Origin: an uncultured virus (IMG/VR IMGVR_UViG_3300040960_001631)
Taxonomy: Duplodnaviria > Heunggongvirae > Uroviricota > Caudoviricetes
DNA: 64,000 bases
Virus record (IMG/VR): IMGVR_UViG_3300040960_001631
Span: 1-64,000 of that record
Strand: one strand, 5' to 3'
A model generated the notes under the pieces. That model saw only the letters and a list, made by a program, of their open reading frames with translations. It was not told where the DNA came from and searched no databases. Below, one piece after another: positions 12,001 to 21,000 of this stretch (positions are counted from its first letter, which is position 1; each line of letters opens with the position of its first letter). A program made the position numbers and the translations under genes.

Positions 12001-15000
12001 TTTTGTACTGTATTTTGTATCTCCGTATAAAGACTGTCCGCTAATTCCTAGTTTAATGCCTTCTTCTGTGTCAGCAAGATTACTCCATTGGCTTGGAAGA
12101 TAATCGCTTTCTATCCACTCGTATACATTAATACTAGCACCTTCCGTTAATACTGACCAATTATTTTTTTGTTCAAAAATATTACCTTGATAAGGATACT
12201 TAAATCTAGCAGTGCTAATATTCCACCAAACTTGTCCTACATGTTCGTCAAACCATGTTTGATTTGGATCATATTCTCTATCTGATGCTGTGCCAACATT
12301 ATAAAATGCTGGATCGGTTTGAGTTTTAAACGTTATTTCTTGTTCTGCCGGACCTGCAATTTTACCTTGTATTGGATCAATATAATCAATATAACTTATT
12401 ATCCTATTAGTAGTTTTGTTATAAACAAATGCTCCTTCAATTAAATCTAAATTTACAGGGTTGACAATTTCTTTATATAGATTCCATGCTAATTTTGTTT
12501 TTGGTTTTCTATAATCTACAAACATGCCTTTAGAGTCGTTACTGTTATAGAACGGCATACCGACATATACGTGATTGTCTTTTGCAAGTAATCGTTTGCC
12601 AAATTCTATTGTTGCATTATCAAATCTAAATTTTTCACTGTAGGTATAAGAATTATTTAAATTTTCGTATACGTATATTACACCAGAGTCAATTTTAATA
12701 TTTCTAAATGCAGTAAACTCTAGATCAAAAGTTGTAGATTGGTTATCAAATGTAGTAGGTATAGTTTGATCACCATTTAAACTTGTTACTGCTAAGTTTT
12801 CATTAGTAAATGCAATTTGATAACCAAAATTTTCTGCTACTTCGTCTGCAGGACTATAAATTGTTTGACTTAATTCAAATTCTCCGTTTACTTGTGTATA
12901 AATTAAAACTGCACCTTGACCATATTTTCGAGAATCATCTGAAGGGACACTAACGGCAATTTGTCTACCGTCTGGTTTAATTACTACACTTTGCGCCCAG
13001 TTTGTTCTATCAATATACAAATCAGGTGTTGCATCTAAATTTTGTGTTCTAGAACCAGTTTCTGAAGTTACTATATTTCCTTCGCTATCTGTGTATATCC
13101 ATCCGTCTCCATCTTTTAAAAATTTATCTAAGTCATGATCTTTTAAATCATAGCCACTTATTGGAGCAGATATTGTTTGGTATAATTTATATTTGTTGTT
13201 TTCTTTTCTATAAATTGCTAATCGTTTGTTACTTGTACTATCAGTCGATTCTAGTTTTACAGTAACAACTAAAACTTCTCCGTTTTTACTTACATCAAAA
13301 TTTTCACTAAATTCAATAATGTTTGTAGCAGGATCAAACACATCTTCGTTAAAGAATGCATTGTTAGTAAGATTTGGCAAATAACCTAAATAATCAAAAT
13401 TATTATCAGTTACTTCCCAATAAGTATCACTAAATTCTGTTCCTGTTGCGATATTTGTTTTTGCAACATAAAAACTATTATCTTTAAGAACTATTGAATT
13501 TATTTCATAAGGGAAAGAATTGTCCCACTCCCCTCTATAATTGTCATCAACACCGTATCTCCAACTAATATTTGTCCAAACTATAGGATCAAGAATATTC
13601 AATTGCGAACTATCGTCGGTGTCTTTATTTGCTCTATAATATTTGTCTTTGTAAATTACTACATCACCTTCATTATAAGATGTAGCTTGATAATCCTTTT
13701 TAAATACATCTGTAGTTTCTGGACCAGTTACAAAAATTTCAATACTGCCAGGATCTGAACGTGTAGTAGGATCTAAGTCGCCTTTACTACCGACAAGTAG
13801 TACATAGGTATTTCCTTGTTTTCTAATTTTAACTTCGTCACCAAATTGTCTATTTGCAAACTTATATTGACTTGTGAGCATATAATCAAACTCATAAACA
13901 GCATTAGGTTGTCTCCTATAAATTACAACTGCGCCTTCATTGTCTAATCCACTCGATGTTCCTCTTTGATCAGCAGGTATGTTATAAACTTGAGTCCAAT
14001 TTTTATTTAAATTATAAGGTGGACTTGCTGGAATTGAAATGCCGCCTTCGATTGTTTCATCATAGAAGTAATATTCTCCATCAAATATTTCAGGAGTAGA
14101 TACTACATCAAATGGCGTATCTTTTTGGAAAACTAATAAATCTCCTACGAGATTAGTACCTAAAGCAATATCGTTACTTGGATCATCGATTGTACCCATT
14201 ACACGATCAACATCACCAGGTCCTCGAGCATCTTCATTCGCCTTTCTGCGAACCTGGAACCTACCAATATTATTCAGCTGATTCCAACTTCCGCTTAAAA
14301 CTTTTAAATAAACTCTTACAGAATTAAATTGCTTTTTATAAAAAACAACTTCTGCTGTACTTGTACTAGTGCTAGTAAGGGCTAAACCTCCTGAACCGTC
14401 TCTAGGAATTTGTACATCTTCAATAATATCTCCTACAACTGGCTCATATGGATTTCCTAAAAAGTCAAATTCTGTAAATTCAAAGTCAATATATCCGTCC
14501 CAGATATCATAAATTTGCTGAGACCCATTCATTTGATCAAGGTCAAAACCAGTAGATTCTAAATTTATTCCAGTATTTTCTGAGTCAAAAAATGTAAATT
14601 GTAGAGTTTTATTATCAGCACTACCTTGAGAATCAAATGCACTTATACTGGTTAAATAATCTTGGAAAGATTTACCAACTCTAACAACCCATAAGTTACT
14701 TAATTCTGGGCCGCTGTCACCATCATAACTTAAATTAGAAATATAACTTACACGATTTTTTTCTAATACAAATTCACCTATATTACCAACTGTATCCTGA
14801 ATGTTATAATACACAAATGGCCTGTCTGCATCGTCATTTTCTGCAGGACGTACATCTGCATAAACTAAACCTCGGCCTATATCTAAATACCTGCCATTAT
14901 TAGCATACTCGAATCCAGTTTCTATATACCAAAAACCGCCAATATCTGGTGATGTTGAATATGTTGATTCTTGTGTATAAAATCCTATAAAGTTTCCAGT

Positions 15001-18000
15001 ACTTTGTACAAAAATTTCATCAGTAACATTAAAAATACCGTTGATATTTTTTAGATACAGTACTGCAGAATCTCTATAACTAGCAACATAAAATACTTCA
15101 CCTGAGCCAGTATCACTTTCGATTGTATCGCCTACCTCAGGCAAACTTACAAAAGTATCAATATAAACAATTGCATCAATTTTTTCAACAATTTCGTGTT
15201 CTTGTGTAATAAATTCTTTTGTAATTTCTGGTATTTGATCGTCAAATGGCAAATAGTTATCTAGTGTTGGATATGCATAACTACGCTGGTTCCAAGATAA
15301 ATTAACTTTATCTCCAGAAGCACCGTCTATTCTACCTTTAGTTGCAAGATACATATCTAATGGAGCTCTTACTAGTATATGATCAATACCATTTGTAGGT
15401 AACCCAAATTTACCTGCAACTAACAATTGCAAACTTGTACTATCAGATGTATCAGAAGAAACAAGATTAATATAACTATCAAACGTACTAAATGTTTGTG
15501 TACCTACTTCAGGATTAACTGTAGTATTAGCTTTCCAAAAACTTTCTCTAAACTTAACAATATCATGTTTACTATACTCTACAGTAGGATCAAAATTTCC
15601 TAAAAATTTTGTTTTTATTCCTGACATGTTTGGTATGCCAATAGCAAGATATTCACCGTCTTCACTTACATCTATGCTTGATCCAAAGTTTTCAAAAGAG
15701 TCTTGGTAACTATTTTTTGTTTCTGTAAAATCAATTACCTGTTGTAAAATTAAATTAGCATTTTCTTTTGATCTTCTATATACATAAATTTTACCTGTTT
15801 CATCGCCAGAAGCAGAAACAAACAAATTATTATTATCATCAGTTACAGTCATTACGCCTGTAAAATTTTGAATAGTACTATCCCAATCAGAAGGATTATT
15901 ATATGTTTCTAAATATGAATAAACACTGTTGTTTTTTAAAACTGCCCAATTATTAGTGTTGTCATAATTGTCTATCCAGACTTTTTGCTCATTGTATAAT
16001 TTTTCATTAACAATATCATTTAAATTAGTAGTATCATCAAGACGCACTTCTCTGAGTTTAGAAACTGCAAATGATTGTTCTAAGAAACCTAAAATATCAT
16101 TTTCTATCGGAACTTTTATTTTTGCAATATTTAAATTAATATCTACAATTTTATAAAACCCATTAAGTTCGAATTCTTGTGCTCCGCGAACTGCAATTAA
16201 ATCGCCAATAGACAGCGTATTATCTAGCCATTTGTCCATAGACAACTCATAAATTAATTCGCCGGCATCATTTAAAGTATTTGCTTCTGTAAGTTCTGTT
16301 GCGTTTAAATTTGTGTCAATATGCTGATAAACAGTCCAGTTTTCATTTTCTTGATTTGTGAGATGTAAATAGCCGCCTAGTCTAAATACATTAACATTAC
16401 CTAAAGCTAAATCATCTATAGTGTAAGATTCAAAATCTATATCGTCTTCGCTAACATATCCAGAAGATTTTATGTATTCTTTACTTTGAGACAATACTGG
16501 AAAAACTGAACTAGTATATTCCTGTGGACGATCTAACAAATCTGAAGGTAACACTCTAAAGATATTATCAAATTGCTCTGCAGGAAGATTATCTACAAAT
16601 TCTACAGGCTGCGGACTAGATATCATTTTCTTTTCTTCGAGGTTTAACTCAATTTGTTGAATACTTTCTGAAGAACCGTATATACCTGATCGTACAGCCC
16701 ATTCTTCAAAATATTCTAAACTTTCCTCGCCAGACGCAGTTAAAGGAGCAAACAATTTTGAAAGACTGTTTTTTGTACCTTTTTCTTGGATATAGCCTTT
16801 ATAGAACTTTAGTTGACTTACATCGTCGACTATTAAATTACTTAGGTAATCTCTTTTTTGGAAGCCAATTAATCTAGATGCTAAATTGTGCAGAGATTGA
16901 TCAAAACTAGAAGTATTTGTATCGTAAAAATCGTTAAATTGATTTATTCTATAATCAAAATTTGTTAATAAATCCGGTACTGGTTTTTCATTTAGTTTGT
17001 ACCATTGATTATAATCTACACTTGTTGATCCCTGTATATTTTCTTTAGCAACATAATAATATTCTTTAAATTTTATAAGATCACCAATTTTGTAATCTTT
17101 ATAATTTTCAAAATCTTTAACTATAGCATTATCATACAAAAATCCTGGGATATTTAAGCCGCCATTCCAGTCTTCTGATCTATAACCATTAACTTTAATT
17201 CTTTGTTGTCTATAACCAGAAGCTGGGTGATAAATTACATCATTAAATATTGTTGTGTTAGATAGAACAACAACATGTTCTTTTTGTACAATAGGTAAAG
17301 ATGCTCCATATAATCCAAAGTCTGTATCTTTTATTTCTAATCCAAAACTATTATCTTCTCTTACTACACTGTTAAAGTTTCTATCAAGTGTTTGACCATT
17401 ACTTGAAACAATACTAGTATTATAAAAAGAATCAAATACATCATCTACAACTGAATAATTTGATTTAAAGAATAGTTTATTTGCAGCAGGACTTAAACTA
17501 ATAATTGTTCCATTAGCCCATCCTTGTGTAGTCCAGAACATAAATTCTTTTGTTACAGATACCCAATCATTTACTGTTTCGTCAGTTACGTCATCAAAAA
17601 CAAATCCTTGAGTAGTTAAATAGTTTCCGTAACCAGTAAGAAAATCTACTACTTCTTGAATACTTGTAAGTATAGATCCGTATGGTAATTTTTCTACTTT
17701 ATTGTTGTTAAAGTTTTTGTAAAACTCAGCTGTTCTACCTCCAATTGAAGGTAATGCAGGTAATTTAGCTAGGAAATCTGTTTCAAATATTCCTCCGCTT
17801 GTAAAATCTTGTGTTGCTCTATAATAAGTGTTTAGATGAAAAACTACCTGTCCCTTTTTGTATGGAGTTTGTTCGCTCCATTCTGAAAATTGTTCACTTA
17901 TTCCGCCAACCGATAAAATATAACTTGTTGATCCTACTAATGGTTTATAGTATTGGAAAAATGGTATTTTTGGATTATAACCCGTTACCTTAAATCCTGC

Positions 18001-21000
18001 AGGTGTTTTTTCAATAACTACACCACTATATACAAAGTTGTCTATAGGAGAACTTACATTATAAACTAAATTATAATTTTCTTGTGGTACAAAAATGCCC
18101 GTGGATCCTTTGTCCTGATTAGGAGACTTGCTTTCAAGAATAAGATTTAATTTTTGTTTATCACTAAATCCTCCTAATCTAAATGATAAATTTGTTTCTA
18201 ATGCAGTAACTTCATTTTGATAATCGCTATATACTGTTAATATATCACTTGCTAAAAGATTGTAAATGTAATTTACAAGTCCACAAGTTGTATTTCTAAT
18301 ATTATCTGCATATGTATTTGGAAATACAATGTCTTTATTTCTAAAGAATGTGCCTGAATCTTTATATATGTTTTGCCCTGCAAGGTTCTTTGTAAATCTT
18401 GATAAATCAAATCCTTTTGCTATTGTCTCTGCTGGATTAATTAGTAGCATAGACTTTAATAATGCAAAAGGATAATCGGAACTTTTCCTCCAAGCAGTTT
18501 CTATTGGAGAATAATCGCCAAATGCATAAGATTTAGAAGCATATCTTTGAACAAATCCTTTAACATAATTTATGTTTACTGGCGGTAATAGTTTACCTGT
18601 TTGATCTACTGGTATAAAAGATCTTAGATTTAGACGTTTGAATCTTTCGTCAATTCTACTATTATTAGGATCTGCTATTCTGCCATTTTCTAAATCTTCC
18701 CATAGTACTAGGTTGTTACTTGTATATGGTGCAGGACCGTAAACATCGTTCCACCATGTAGGTTTATTTCTAAATCCTAACATTTCCCACGGATTTGTGT
18801 GAGGACGATCTGTATCAAATGCTTGATTATAAATCCCTCTCCAGAAACCTGGCAAAACTTTGCCATCTGGATTATTAGATTCACTATAATTAAATGTAAA
18901 CCCATTATTTCTATCATAAAATGAGTTTGAAGAATAATCTGCTGCAATGTTGGCTTGCCATCTAGTAAAATCTGTCAACAATAAGTTATTTTGTTTTTCT
19001 AAAGTATTTTGATATCCTCTAAAATCGCCACCTGTAAAATTAAAAATATCAAACTCATTGTCGTCATATGAAATTTTAATATTACTAAAAATTCTTTTCT
19101 CAAATTCAATAATTAAACTGTCTCTAAAATCTTTGTAACATGCAATTTGACTTCCGTCATGTCCTCTAATAAATGCAAAACCGATTGGGTATTCATCATA
19201 ATCTTCTGGATTAGAATCTTTAGAGTAGTTAGCATTAGTTTCAGGCAAATAAAATTTTGTATTTAATCCCTTAAACCACACTGCCTGAGAAGCACCATTT
19301 CCTCCATTGTTACTGTCTGCTGTTTCAGCAGCATTTTTTGATGTATATACTGGATAGGTCCATCCGAACGAATTTTTTAATTGACCTACTTCTACTTCTC
19401 CGTATATTTTAAAAGGACCTGAAATTGTTAAAGATGTTTCATCTATACCGGTGTCATCTATAAAGACTTCCGGATACCAAGATGGATACAATCCTAATTT
19501 ACTAGGTGTAGGAGCAATAAAACTTCCATCTGTATTATTGTATTCGTATATTTCAATTGTGTCGCCATTTTCTTTTGCTGCAATGATCTCTATAAAGCCA
19601 TCTTCATTAAAATTATAGTCTCTACCATGTACAAGTATTTTGTTATTAAGATAAACAGTGATTGCTTTTTCTGACAATGTTGACATTGAAAATGCAGTTG
19701 TTAAAGGAAATAAATTTATTTCTTTATCAATCACATTATATTCTATTCTATTTGCATCGCCATAAGCAAGCATATCGCTAAAATAAAACGGTTGAGAATC
19801 TGCTTTGTCTTTGTTTATTTCTTTTAATATTTTATCTACGTGAGCTTTGGGAGTACCGTCAAATCCTAATGAACTTGCAGTATCTACAAATATTTTTTTT
19901 GTTTTGTTGTATTCTAATGCTGAATATTCAACAGCTTTTATCAAATTGTATTTTTTATTTGTTAAATGGTAAATTGCATTAGCTAAACCTGCTTCGTGTT
20001 TAACAAATCTTTTGCCAAACTGACTTATATTACCTAAATCTCTAAGATTGCTTGTACCAGGGTATGTGCCTGTAAATGATTGAAGATCTTCAATCATGCT
20101 ATCTACATGATCATAAACTTCGCCTAATGTAAATTGATTGATATCTTCATTAAGTGGATTTCTTTCTAAAGAAATAGGTAATTCATAATATCCGTTTTGA
20201 TTTTTATCAGCCGAGCTATGTAATTTTAATTTTAAATAATCTCCTACTGTTAAGTCGTTTACAAATGATACTAAAACCTTATTTTCTGTTTTAACAATAT
20301 TATAATCTGTATTTTTTAATTGTAGTTTATTATTAACATATACTTTGATTTTTAAATCTTCTAATAAATGAGGTTTATTGTAAACATCAACAGCAAAATT
20401 ATTTGTTAAGTTATCAGTAACTTCAATATCTCTAATAACATATTGTGTAAATCTACTTGGAGTAGAATTCCAACCATTTACATATTTAAAAGTTGTTCTA
20501 TCAGAATATTTTCTTAAATTTGATGTAGACGTAGGAACTTCAATTAAATCTTCATCGTTTTGATAAGAAAATACATCTGTAAGCAAATTAAATTCAAAAA
20601 GAATATCGCCTGTATTTTCTATATTTCTATATTGTAACGCAAATCCTAATTCGTTATCTACTGTTCCTGTGCCTTCTTTGTAACTAAAAATTTTAGTGCC
20701 ACTAAATGTGGAACTTTCAAAAATAGTTGTATTACTATATTCATTTCCTTGTGGACAACATAAATCAAATAAAGGTGGTTGATTGACTGCTAATTTTTCT
20801 TGTGCAGCAATCCACATATTTTCATGATAATGAAAAGTTTTTCCTGAATATACTTCACCTAGTTTTACAAATACGTTTTCTAAATCTAACGGAGTAGAAT
20901 CCGCAGTTTCTACAAGATTGATAATTCTTTCAGTACCAATAGTTATAAATTTAACTTCATAAATTTTACCGCTAACTAATTGATCGGTATCAGCTCTGAA

